DNA from: Raillietiella orientalis | Taxonomy: Eukaryota | Direction of reading: 5' to 3' | Length of the DNA stretch: 64,000 nt | NCBI GenBank assembly: GCA_036172245.1 | Contig: JAYWIR010000001.1 | Coordinates: forward strand, 10,416,001 to 10,480,000 | In this document: one piece after another, positions 52,758-64,000 of the stretch | Layout: every line of letters starts with the position of its first letter | Numbering within the stretch: position 1 is the first letter of the stretch | The notes under the pieces: generated by a model | Database searches by the model: none | Told to the model about the DNA's origin: nothing | Seen by the model: the letters and a program-made list of their open reading frames with translations, nothing else | Position numbers and translations under genes: made by a program

Positions 52758-52926
52758 ATGTCCACGTCATGAAACCAACGCTTTCTGGACGAAGAGTCGC
52801 TCAAGAGACCTCTGCGCAACCACACATGCAGGTATGTGCGCACACACATATGAGCTTGTGGTTGCGCGAAGCGGGTACACGCCCTAACGTGCAGTGGCGA
52901 GTATAACTGCGGTGACACTTGGGAGG

Positions 52927-54902
52927 GCTCAGCCGGGTGGTCATAGCATCCCTTTACGTCGATGTGCGCGCCGCAGGTTCGGATTAAGGCGGCTTTCAAT
53001 GAAGGGAAATCGAATTGCATTTCCCCTGCGAATTCTTATCCACCCCAATCCAGTACGAGTTTTGGGTTCATGATCTTCCCAAAGATTGTGTGAATCTGAG
53101 ACTCGCACTGGATTTTCCCGCCTCGCCCACTCGCATAGGTCGAGAAATGCATGCCACACACGGAATGCCCTTCATTTGGGTCGTCTCGTAGGGTCCATGA
53201 ATATCCTCCGAAACGAGAGATATCAAGCAATTTTTTTTATCGATTTTTCCTCCTTGATGTCTTTGGTACAGCAAGCGCGCCACGCCACAGCTGCAACCAT
53301 GGATCCCATGCTTAGAGCTGTGGCATAGCGCTTGCTGTTCACAGGCAAAGAGATGTCTTGGTCTGCGAGCACCTTCGGAATTTCCATCCTGCAGAAACAC
53401 CTTGTGAGTCCATCTGTGAGACCGTCGCGAAGAAAATTAGTTTTCATTCTGTTGATGGACAGTGGTTTCCATGGAAGTACTCAGCACTAAAGAAACCGGA
53501 AGTTCAGACGTTTGGTACACAGCAGCGGAGCGAAGCCACCATCCTCCGGATCATGCGTGAAGGACTGTCTCTAAAACAGAATGCGTCCCAGTCGGGGCTA
53601 GTGGTGCCGCGGCTCCTCCGGCGTCGGGCGGACAGGTCGAGCGTGACCGTTCTCCAGGGACTCGTCCCTCTGCCTGCGCCGCCATGCTCCGGCAGGAGGA
53701 AGCCTCGCGCATTCGGAAAGCGTGCAGACCGACTTCCAGAGAAATGCATGGCCATGCATGTCTTTGGAAATCCTGGTGCTTAAGGAAACTCTGGTGGAGG
53801 TCCGCAGCGATCCCGACGTGCAAGTTGATCGTAAGAACCCTGGGTGTAGGGGCGAAAGACTATCGAATCATCTATTAGCTGCTGGTTCCCTCCAAAGTCT
53901 CCCTCAGGATAGCTGGAGCTCTCCGACGTGGGAAAAGAATGGAGTCTCATCCGGTAAAGCGAATGATTCGAGCTTGGGGCCGAAATGACCTCAACCTACT
54001 CTCAAACTTGAAATGGGTGAGAAGTCCGGCTTGCTTGAATACCGAAGCTTGGACTTTCGGATCCATGAGCACCCAGTGGACCTATTCTGGTCAGTTGCTC
54101 TTGGATGAACCAAACGTTGGGTTACGGTGCTCGATGTGACGCTCATCAGATCCCACGCAAGATGTTGGCTGCTATGGACAGCAGAACGGTGGCCATGGAA
54201 GTCGGAATCAGCCAAGGGGTGTCGTCAACGACTCACCTGCCGAAGCAACCGGCTCTGGAGATGGGTGTCGCTCAAGCGTCGAGCCTATGCCCAACCGCCG
54301 GGGCGGAGCCTTCCCTGCCTTCAGGGAGCGTTCCGGAGGGCGGCAGGGTGGTCAGGTTTCGGCAAGTAGGCAAGTCAAGACGGTGCCCGCAGGAGGGTTT
54401 GGGCATCATCTCGCCTGGAGCCGCCACCGGAGCAGATCTTCGTGGTAGTAACAAATACTCCAGTGAGATCCTGGAGGTCTGATGTGGAGGAGGGTTCCAC
54501 GCGAACAGACTTTGAGCACTGTCCCCAGTCGATCTCGAGTCCCCGGAGAAAAAGTATGCAATGATAAATAATATATGATAAATAATGTTTCCAAGGATAT
54601 GAATGGTACCATGGTTTCCAAAGATATGCATGGTCTTTGGACAAGATCCTACGAGACGACCCATTCCGTGTGTGGTATGCATTTCTCGACCTATGCAAGT
54701 GGGCGAGGCGGGAAAATCCAGCGCGAGTCTCAGATTCACACAATCTTTGGGAAGATCATGAACCCAAAACTCGTACTGGATTGGGGTGGATAAGAATTCG
54801 CAGGGAAAACGCAATTCGATTTCCCTTCATTGAAAACCGCCTAAATCCGAACCTGCGGCGCGCATATCGACGTAAAAGGATGCTGTGACCACCCGGCTGA
54901 GC
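52927..54902. repeat. ~270-bp long inverted repeats (52927-~53200 and ~54645-54902) enclosing ~1.4 kb
   Basis: The arms are reverse complements with few substitutions; the ORF track gives near-identical peptides (AFLDLC.WARRENP.RVSDSHNLWEDHEPK) on opposite strands. The interior has RT4-like TVAMEVGISQG. Confidence 0.92.
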
Positions 54903-54909
54903 TGGTTAA

Positions 54910-55260
54910 TAGCCCCCTCGGGGGATCGCGTCACCAGAGCATAAGAAGCTCTCTGCTCTCTTCCACGAACGTTCCTTCGGGGTTCTCTTCCGAAGAGCCA
55001 CAAGGAGCGGTTCTTTTGAGGGTTCCCTCTGGAGAAAATATTCCAGCAGCGGATCCTTTACGGGTTCCCTTCGGGGGTCCCTCTGGAGAGAATGAGGAAA
55101 AGATTCCCTCCGGGGTTCCATTAAGAGACAACCAGGGTAGAGGGTTCTCTTCGGGATCCTCTCCCAGGCGTGACAGGAGCGTACTCCTTTCTGGATTCAT
55201 AGGGTGGTCCCCTTTCGGAATATCCCCTGGCTTGAACAATACTGAAGAGCTTCGTGGGCC
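54910..55260 (+). mobile_element. Partial SINE copy (tandem-array and 3' part), opposite orientation to the other copies
   Basis: Reverse-complement match to 5985-6340, including ctggattca.agggtggtc and aagagcttcgtg. Confidence 0.75.
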
Positions 55261-55429
55261 ATCAGGCGAGCAGTTGTTGAGTGCTAAGCGAGCCAAAAGA
55301 AGAAAAGACTTGGGAAGTGGATTCACCTCAAGGCGTTAGCACGGATCTTGATGGTAGTAAACATACTTCGATATGATCTGGCAGATCCGATGTAGAGATG
55401 ATTCCCATGAGAAACTCTAAGAATACTCA

Positions 55430-56450
55430 TGTGCAGATCACGAGCAGACCGTTTAGCGCGTCGGAAGGAAAAGACGTTCGATGAAGATGAAGCACCCCTG
55501 GGTGCAACTCACCAAATGAAAATAGTGCCTCGCAGAAAGGAAATCGGGAATGAAGAACTGGCGTCGGTGACTCCTTGCTTTCTTTCTGTCCACCACTGGA
55601 TCCACAGCTACGCACTGGATGCGTAGCTGAGGTTTCATCAAGCGTCCAACCTGACTGTTGAAGATCGCGAGCAGTTCGACGCCGGCGGCAACTGCCATTC
55701 AACGCAAATGTTCCAATGCAGCCCAAAGGTCGAAGGACGATTCACCCGCAGAACAGTGGAAAAGTTCTGGAAGAATCAGAGCCACCCAGCGTGGTCCAAA
55801 ACAGCAAAGAGGAATCTCCGGACACTCCATTTCTTACATGAAGTTCCCTCATGGCTGTTAGCTGACACGGGGTCCAAATTGTGAAGCTGCAAGCGGTTGG
55901 AACGACAGTCTAGAGGAGTGACCCTCCACTAGACACTCAGGATCACTTCCTCACGTTTTCTTCGCGGAAGACTTCTCAATGGACCCTCAGTAGATGCTGA
56001 ACAGGCAACAGCTACGATAAACTCTGCTTGTCGTGTGGGGTCAAGGAAACCCAGCTTCATGCTGAGCCAAGAATGGACAGCGCTGAAGGCGGTGACCAGC
56101 CTGCAGAACAGCATAAGGTTCAAGATCCTGGCAGGACTGTTTGAAGGGAACTGTAGTGCTCTCCGATATAATCCCGTGGTGAAGAAGACCATCTCTCTCT
56201 TCATTACGAGCGTCGTACTAAGAAGGGCGAGGAAAAGGTAATCAAGTCCTGTCATGGAAACTTTGAGAAAAGCTGTCATTCAGAGGGAGATCGGTATCAG
56301 AAACTGCGGCAGCATCTTAGGCACATCTTGAAAAACTTTGAGCACGTAGCCCAATTGAGTGGAATAGCCTATCAACTACACTGGTCAGAACCTGAAGAAA
56401 AAACCGGGATGCCTGGTGTTCAGGTTTTGAGTCTGTGTTCCTCATCGACT
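55430..56450 (-). mobile_element. Degraded LINE RT relic
   Basis: Minus-strand PGIPVFFFRF*P (RT0-like), PISL*N (RT1-like) and KQG/TPVL (RT4-like). Confidence 0.4.
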
Positions 56451-57130
56451 CTATCGAACGCTGCACACCACTCTTTTGTGGATTCAAGCGCAATCCACTC
56501 CTGGCGCTTTTCGTTAAGAACCGCTGTCTCTCCAGGAAGGCCTTTTCACGCCGGTTTGCTCAATATGCCCAACGATTGCGTTTCCATCCAGCTCCATCTC
56601 CACGGCTGAAGAGCGCTTCTCGAATATTCTGCATTCGGGGCGCAAGCGAAAGATTTTGAAATTCCTGAAACCGGGGGATACCTGATAAACAGAGTTCATC
56701 TTCCTTCCTGCGATAAGAACACGAGTTCTGGGATGACAGTAAATTCAGTTCCTGTGACTGCGAAGGGAACGCGAATTATCTCATGAAACCAGGCAGCACC
56801 AGAAACAAATTTCTTCATGATTCTAAAACAAAAGCGAAGCTCTCGGGAAACATCCTTCCGAAATTCGAGTTCCTTCCATGGAAACATAATCCTCAGTAAT
56901 GGAATTTTTTTTTTTCCTGTTCTGTGCTGCTCTGATTCAAATCGGGTTATTACGTGATGGATGCTGACAATCGCAAGAATGCCATGTGCCGTTGCTAGCC
57001 AAATTTATCCTGGAATTTGAAAGACATCAACCTTGAACAGATGAATCTCAGTTTATCTTCTCCCTTTTGGGTACATTCCTCAAATTCATCTAAGATCGAT
57101 ATCGACCATGGTCCGTTTTTAAAATTCTCT

Positions 57131-57871
57131 GAGTGCTAAAGATCTTCTCTCTTCCTTCGAGGGAGCTCACAGTGCTCTTCTACACTGTCCACCCACCTGG
57201 GAGTGCGTTCAACTCTTCCGGTAAGGGGGGTAACTCTGTAAAGAGACTACCCCGTGTATCCAGGAAGGCTACGAAGGAAGGAGTCTTACGCATGGTAGGG
57301 AACCTTGAAAGGAGCATCTTCCTTATTCTCTCCGAAGGGACCACCCAGAAAGGGCCGCTCCTCATTTCTTTTCCCATGGGAACCCGGAAAGAATTCTCAT
57401 CTGGAATTTATTTTAAGGAGGGACCCCTCGGAAAGGAACCACTCCTTGTTTCCTCTTCTGAAGAGAACCCGAAGGGACGCTTCCTAATTTTTCCGAAAGG
57501 CTTCCCCGAAGGGAGCAGCGCGGTCCTTACACTCTAGAGAGGCAGCATTCCGAGGGAATATCAACCAGCTTCATGGTGGGTTCCATATTCTCGATCGAAG
57601 GGGAGCTTCGAAGGGAACTGGTCCCGAGAAGGACCTCGGAGAGTCAACTTCCAATCACGACCACTCAACGGAGGCATCCGGTTTCCGGCTCCACTGGTGC
57701 CGCACCCGAAGCCAGTAGGCCAGCTAGAGCCATCCTGCGGTGGGAAATTGAAACCCACGACGCACCCATTTCTCTAGTGTCTATCCTTCCCCGGGCGGGA
57801 TTCGAACCCGCAACGCTTGGTACCACGAGCAGAGACCATAGCCATGCAAATTCCGACGCGAGCACGAAATC
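57131..57871 (-). mobile_element. Most complete tRNA-derived SINE copy
   Basis: Minus-strand GCGGGTTCGAATCCCGC is a perfect T-arm/B box (57795-57811). A second T-arm-like GTGGGTTTCAATTTCCCAC follows, then the ~40-bp tandem array and a purine-rich tail. Candidate TSD TAAAATTC(T/C)CT at 57120-57130 and 57872-57882. Confidence 0.8.
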
Positions 57872-59205
57872 TAAAATTCCCTCTTCTAAAAAACCACTTT
57901 ATTTCCTTTGCTGCGTTTCTGGTTTTCTTTCTGTTAGTTCCATCTGGATGTGCTGCACAAATGCGATCTCTCCATTCCTTCGTCGTTGGTTGTTTGGACG
58001 AAGTACAGCGCCTGTACTCAAGTTTGCCGTCTTTTTTCTTCCAGTACATTCGTGCAAGGGTTCAAGCACCGTGAATCCACCGCAGAGCTGAAGGCTGGGT
58101 TCCCTAAAGCGCTGAAGGTGCGGATCATCGTATTTTGACGATATTCTCTTGTTCGATATGGTGGAACCACGAAGAAACTTGGAAAGATGAAACTGATTTA
58201 CAAAAGAACGGAATCCGCAAAGCTACTGGGAAGGTCGTTGGACTCAGCGACCAACGATTGACCAAAGCACTTCTGGTCCCATATTTTGCTCTCTTCGAAA
58301 CGGTCGGAGTGATTTCGAGTATTTCTCCCTGAGATGGTGTAAATCTATTTGGGTTTCCTCCTCCTGATTCACTGATTCACGAAACTGTTGAGGATAGAGG
58401 AACAGTTCGAAAACATCATTTTAGCGGAGTAAAAGAATCAAATCGACTTTTGAAATGATCTTTTCTCTCTATGAAAGTTGATAGGGAGTTTCGATTGGCT
58501 TCAGCCTCAAAGATTCTCGTCGTTCCTGTATTGTTTTGGTTTACAATTGCCTTTCTCGTATGGGAAATACCAGAGTTTCCCTTCTGATGGACAAAGCATT
58601 GAAAACGCCAAGGATAACCGCATCTTGCTTCTCCGGGACCAAGTCCAGCCTCAGACAACGGTCAGAGACTGGCTGCAAGCAGCCAACCCCTCCTGACCTC
58701 GGTTGCCTTCTCGATACCTTCGACTAGGGCATCGTGCCTCTATGTAAACACCAGAGGCACATGCAGGGACTTCAGGCGTGCAGCCGCTTTCCGCCTAAAT
58801 CAGGCGGCACACAAGCGAGAGAACTTGTTTCTTCTAGGTGCCTTCTCTGCGGATCGGGAGCAGATTGAGGAGGAATTCGAGGACAGAACAGCCGTTCGGC
58901 GGGATGAAGACGGCAGAAAATGCCTGGAGGATAAACTCCAATGCGAGATTCGCCTTTCCACCAAGGAGCTTTATGAATCACCACTCTGGAAAGCACATAT
59001 GTCGGAGTTAAATACGCTCTTCCTGGTGTGGTCGAAGGTGAAGCTACCTCAATGATTCGCACTCTCGAGGGACCGTCTCTGTACGAGAAAACTCACACTC
59101 GACCTTCTTCTACAGTCAGAATGCTGTCTCCTCCATGGCTTTGCTTCACTAAATTCCCAGATGTGATCTGGACGTAAAGTCTTCCATCTTCAGATGGATG
59201 GAGAT

Positions 59206-60868
59206 TTCTCATCCTGTCACGCCGAGTTGTATATTTAATAAAAAGCAGTTGAAAACCGTAGTCCCCAGCAGAAAAACGAAAGTTCAAGGGAAGGGCCCAC
59301 TCATACGCAGGTAGGAACATCTGAAAATAGGGAACAGAAGGGAAGGGATAATAAATAAATAAAGGGAGAGTGAGGACAGAGTTACTGGACAGGGTTACTG
59401 CGGGGACAGGGTTCAGAGCCGGCTCCGGACGCCGGTCATCTTTGCATTGACTCCCGCGTCCAGTGGAACCGTCTTTCAGCTGCCCTCACGGTGACCGCCC
59501 TTTTCTGCACTCGCGTCTGCACGATATGACGGGCCATCACCATGGCGCGCATTCAACACATTATTACCATCACTGCACCAGCCAAGAGTCCTTCACGCGC
59601 GAAGAATCGCCACAGCAAGTCAAAGACGATGTCTTTCTTGTAATGGAGCACTGAAACCTCAGCCTCAGCCTCCTTCGCAGATCTTGCAGGTCACCGTGGT
59701 CCAATAGCACGTGTGGGATCAATCCCACCGATCCGCCCTCGACACGGTTCGGGGATGTAACAGCCCCGGGAAGCACTGGAATCCCCAGTGAAGAAACAGC
59801 GACACAGCCTGTTTCCACTGCACAGGTAATACGGAAGTGTTCAAATACGAGGAAGGGACCACAGATTCATCGGGGGCGACATTCAACAGCTCAGGCCACT
59901 GACGGAGTCCCTTCGATTGGGTGCGCGGCGTGGCGGCATCCACCAAGAAGTCTGATCTTCCTTGCAATGGTGCTCTCCCACCCCGTCAGTAGGTTGCTGT
60001 CATCGCTTGCTTTGCGGGAAGACAGCGCTGCGGCGAGTGACGCGACTGCCAAGATTCTCAACTTCTTAGGTTCCTGAAGTAACTCTCCCAAAGGATGGAT
60101 GAAACAGTAGCGACAGGGACGGAGTTTTTCTGGGCGCATGCCCTGGTACGCAGCCCAAGAAGCAACCGCCTCCTGCTGCCAAGCAATAAACTTGAGTAGG
60201 CGGCACGAGATCCACGGATGGGTTTTCAGTAGAGAAGAGGCGAGTTGCCACAGGGGGAAGTCAAATCCTCGCATCCAGTACTGAAAGCTCGACTGCAAGG
60301 AGAGCAGTGCTTTGCTGCCATACGCATCTCTGAAGGATGAGGCGGGGGAGTCTGCTGCTTGGCGCGAGGGACCAGCATCCAGAGCTGCATCCACGATTCC
60401 CTCCGGCGTCGGGGATTGCCTAAGCCGGCGTCCCGGCGCGGAGACGCCAAGTCTTTGAGGCGGATCCTGGACCTCGCGGCTCCCCCACAATGGGTTGTGC
60501 AGCAGGCGTTGTGCCCGGCGCTTAGCCAAGTAAGCGGGCGAGCGAACCAAAAAACAGGAAGCGGAGGAAAAGGTCAACAAATTGCAGCCCGTCCCGGCAA
60601 GAGGAAGTTGCCGTGGGGAAACGCTCCGAGAGAAAACTCACCACGAAAATGCTGACTGACATGGCTACGCTCCACTTCCAGACGAAGAGATTCCGCTAGA
60701 GGGCTGAAACCTGGAATCTGTCCTTCTTGAGCTTCTGTGTGCCTGGACCATTCCGTGCTTTCTGCCAGGTGAGGCAGCACGACGTGGCGCTCCTCTTGCA
60801 CTGGGATCTCGCTTGCAACTGGCGTTCCTGCACCACATGACGAGGTGGTGCGTCCCTCTAAAATGCGG
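59206..60868 (-). mobile_element. 5'-truncated L1/Tx1-like LINE, paralog of 3685-5582
   Basis: 59985-60865 is almost identical to 4685-5585. Terminal AATATACAACTCGGCGTGACAGG at 59213-59235. Candidate TSD CAG(A/G)TG(G/C)ATGGAGAT at 59191-59205 and 60869-60883. Confidence 0.85.
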
Positions 60869-61438
60869 CAGGTGCATGGAGATCGAGTCGCTCCCGCACC
60901 AGTTGACTAACTGCGGCGTCCTCCGCCGGGTTGCGGGTATCGGCTAGTGTCAGCTTTCCTGCACACCCTCAAGATACTCCTGCGTCACTTATTTTTTGAG
61001 GGACGGGCCCTCCCACTGCCGTGACTGCCACGCTGTGTTCCATCCGTGGCGCCACCGAGGTGTCTGCTGCTCGCTCGAGCTACGGCAGCGACGATGGGAA
61101 GCGTCACCTGCATCGCCGTCTCCTCCACGACGAAGGCTTGCAGGTGACCTCATCTGAAGATAGAAGTCGGCATTGAGATCGCCGACATCTTGCAGCACTT
61201 TTAGAAAAAGGGACTGGAGAGAGCTGCCCTCCATAATTTATTCGTTTGAGAGTCCTCTTGTCCGCACAGTTTTCTGACCCGACCCGCGAGTGGGTGAGTC
61301 CCAAGTTGAACTTTTTCTTTCTCTCTCTCTCTCTCTCTTTTTATATCTTACAAGAATCTGTGTTCCTTGTTTAATACAGTTTGTTTGTTTTTAACGAAAT
61401 GAATTGAATGAATCCACGTCGGGGCAACCGGGTGAAAA
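60869..61438 (+). mobile_element. L1/Tx1-like LINE 3' end (diverged subfamily)
   Basis: RCMEIESLPHQLTNC and TAVTATLCSIRG, a (CT)n/T-rich UTR, and terminal AATGAA...TCGGGGCAACCGGG-TGAAAA at 61407-61438. Confidence 0.7.
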
Positions 61439-62659
61439 CCCTTTCGAAGGCAGTCCTACGCCGCCTCTTAGACAGCGTCGAAGTCGCCCGGCGGAACGCG
61501 AGGCACTTAAACTACCTGCCAGTGGGGATCCCTAGGGCAAATCCAGTCGGACTGCCCTCCCGCGTCTCACCCAAAGTAGCGACCATTTTCTTGTCACGCA
61601 TGCTCCCCGATGGATCAGTTCGAAGAAGTCAGATCAAGCCTCTGGATTGGACATGGGCCGAAAAATAAGCAGGTCGCCCCTAGGTGGGTTTCTTTGCCTC
61701 CCCTTCCATTCAGCTCGATTTATTCCTTGCATTTAGGGATGAGATGCTCTCCATGCTTCCCCGTAGCCCTTTCGTCTTCTCGGAAGTACTTTGGATCCAA
61801 GGTTACGGACAGACCGAGATCTCTTCTGGGTCTGACGGCTTCCTCGTTCCTCTCGGTGACGAGCGCAGAGATAGTGACGTGCATGGGGGGCATGTAGGAA
61901 ACGTTCCGGAACGGTGAGAAAGTTTGCGCTCCTTGGGATCCTGGGAGGTAGCGCTTGGGTCCCCTCAGGGAGATTCTGCACAGCGTCCCCCAGCAGGAAG
62001 GAAATTGAAAATCCTTGTGTGCGGCGCAGCTCGCACACGGCCGGTGGGGAAGAGGAAGGAGTCCGCGAGCCAGGTGCGAACCTGCGAGGTCCAGCTTGAG
62101 GCATTCATTTCCGCCCGCCACTGCGCCGAGCTCTCGGAGGCGCTCCTCCTGCATTGCAGGTCTCTTTCGTGGCACCTTTTCTTGATTCCCCGTTCGTTCC
62201 AGGGTTCCCGCGACGAAAGCGCCCTTCCAGAGCACACGCTGAGCTAGAGATTCCCGCTGGCATCAGTGATGCTGACACTGAAACCCTGACACGAGTCAGC
62301 ACACGTGAAGATTTTTGCGTACCAACGAATGAGGTTGGGGTGCTGCTTCGGAGCAACGTGGCATCAGCATTCGCGTATAACTGGTGCCCTGTGATGATCT
62401 GAGCCGGAAACCCTCCTTCCCTGCATTCAAATGAGCATGCTTATTTTCGAGATGCTATCAAAATTTTATTAGTTGTTCCAGGTGGAGACAGTTTTTCCGA
62501 GACTGTCATGAGACGCGATGCCTTTCGGCTGCTGAACCAAGTGGCGAACGCGACACTGAATACGTGTCAAAAGGAAGAAGAGATCACTGGAACTCCCTGG
62601 CATTTCTCTTAAGGTTGGCTCTATAGCTGCTGCTCCGGAGCTTCGCATTTTCGTTTCCC

Positions 62660-63810
62660 AAAGACGTGCTTCTGCATATCACGAACAGTCTGACTACCCG
62701 GAAGAGGTACGACGTTTCTTGTACGAGCTTCACAACAACCGCACGCTCCGAGAGATCCTACAGCATCCTAAAAAAAAGTGCCTGGGCAGGAAGAACCTCC
62801 CTTGCTGCAGCGCTGCCTTCCCTCAGGGAACATGTGGGTAGCAGTCCTGCGGCTAGATTGGTAGGGTATTGGTTCGGTTCTGTCCTTTAAGTAAGTGGAG
62901 GACGGCGGAGCGACATCCACTTTTCCGTCCGTTTCATTAAGACGGTAACAAATTGGATAGATGGGAGGTTATTGTGATCTTTGGAAGGAGAAAAGGACCG
63001 GACGAGTGGGCGAAGGACCAGCTCACCGACGTTGCGACCACGATTGCTCATCCTCGTGGACTTTTGCGCTGAGACGAGTTACTGGGTATTCGTGAAGATC
63101 TGCAGTGAATTCCAGTGCTTCCGGATCGACGCATCCTCTCCTTAAAGTGACAGGAGTCGGAATTGATTCTGCTGCACGGGGCCTCCCGTGCAACGCCCGC
63201 CGGCATCAGTGAACACGGGGATGTGTGGACCCAAAGTGCGGCCGGTGAGGAAAACATGAATCCCTCTCCCACTCTGCTTGTTGATTGTTTGCTCTCCGGC
63301 CTCTATGGGAACGCTTCTCCGTGACCCTAGCAGCCCCCGGAGGGAACCCCAGGGATGCTCTGAAACCCCTACTCGTTCGCGATCCCCTTCGGCCCACAGC
63401 CTCGACAGCAGCTCGCTGCTGCCCACGTGGGATTGTAATTGCCTGAAGCGACGCATGGGAAGGGCACAGAGACAAGGATGCCATCCACTTTTCCTTCCTG
63501 TTCACGATGATGAGAACGAGATGGTCCCACCTGAAGGACTGTGTTCAGCAAGAGCTTGCCGGCGTCCTGCAAAGGATGCAGAGGAGCGCCTTTAGCAGCA
63601 CGTGGCTCCTCCCTGCACCCCTCAAATTTGTGTATTTATTCTTATTTTTGTTTCTTTTTTTCTTTTGTTTGTCCCCTCTCCTCTGCTTCCTTGGCCGACC
63701 TCACCGGTCTGCGTACCGGCATCCCGGCAGGCTCCCGTGAAAATTCACGTGGTTGAACCACCTGTCCAACCACAGAGACTACGATTGTTTATTTGTTTTA
63801 TATGAAATAA
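62660..63810 (+). mobile_element. L1/Tx1-like LINE 3' end
   Basis: KSAWAGRTSLAAALPSLRE matches 661-1302. The zinc-finger region and a T-rich UTR with ccggcaggctcc are present; the terminal hairpin is missing. Confidence 0.85.
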
Positions 63811-64000
63811 GAATGGGTAACAGCCAAAGATCCTGATGCAGCCAACTTCTTTCGCTTATCATCCCATCATGCTGCGTCGTCACCAGCATCTTGACTTATC
63901 TCGCTTTTTTGCATTCGTCTAGTCCTTCAACTTTAATCCTCCCTCTTAGCGATCTTTTGATTCTAATTTCCGTGTTCCGCGGATCTCTTCATTCCGACGT

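Noticed and set aside
57785..57865. Functional tRNA gene
   Set aside because: The T-arm is perfect, but the acceptor, D and anticodon stems do not pair, and it is the head of a dispersed repeat.

Overview
This is eukaryotic DNA, probably from an invertebrate animal (arthropod-like, judged only from the LSG1 protein). One intact host gene is visible: an intronless LSG1/Ns3-type circularly permuted GTPase on the minus strand (16298-18022), inside an AT-rich island of about 14.4-21 kb. Most of the rest is decayed non-LTR retrotransposon sequence on both strands. About 15 5'-truncated 3' ends of one L1/Tx1-like family are present, with a zf-RVT zinc finger, T-rich 3' UTR and a conserved AATAAA+CCCGG-N5-CCGGG terminal hairpin; several have readable target-site duplications. 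There are also scattered APE and RT relics, one NeSL/Utopia-like RLE relic, a ~700-bp tRNA-derived SINE family with an internal ~40-bp tandem array, and a ~2-kb segment bounded by ~270-bp inverted repeats. Most short ORFs in the track are off-frame or antisense readings of these relics. I saw no prokaryotic system such as CRISPR or operons. The most interesting signals are the LINE terminal hairpin, an apparent CG|W insertion preference, nested insertions into one SINE, near-identical patches between otherwise diverged copies, and the possibly retroposed, motif-divergent LSG1. TE boundaries without TSDs are approximate, and all alignments were done by eye.
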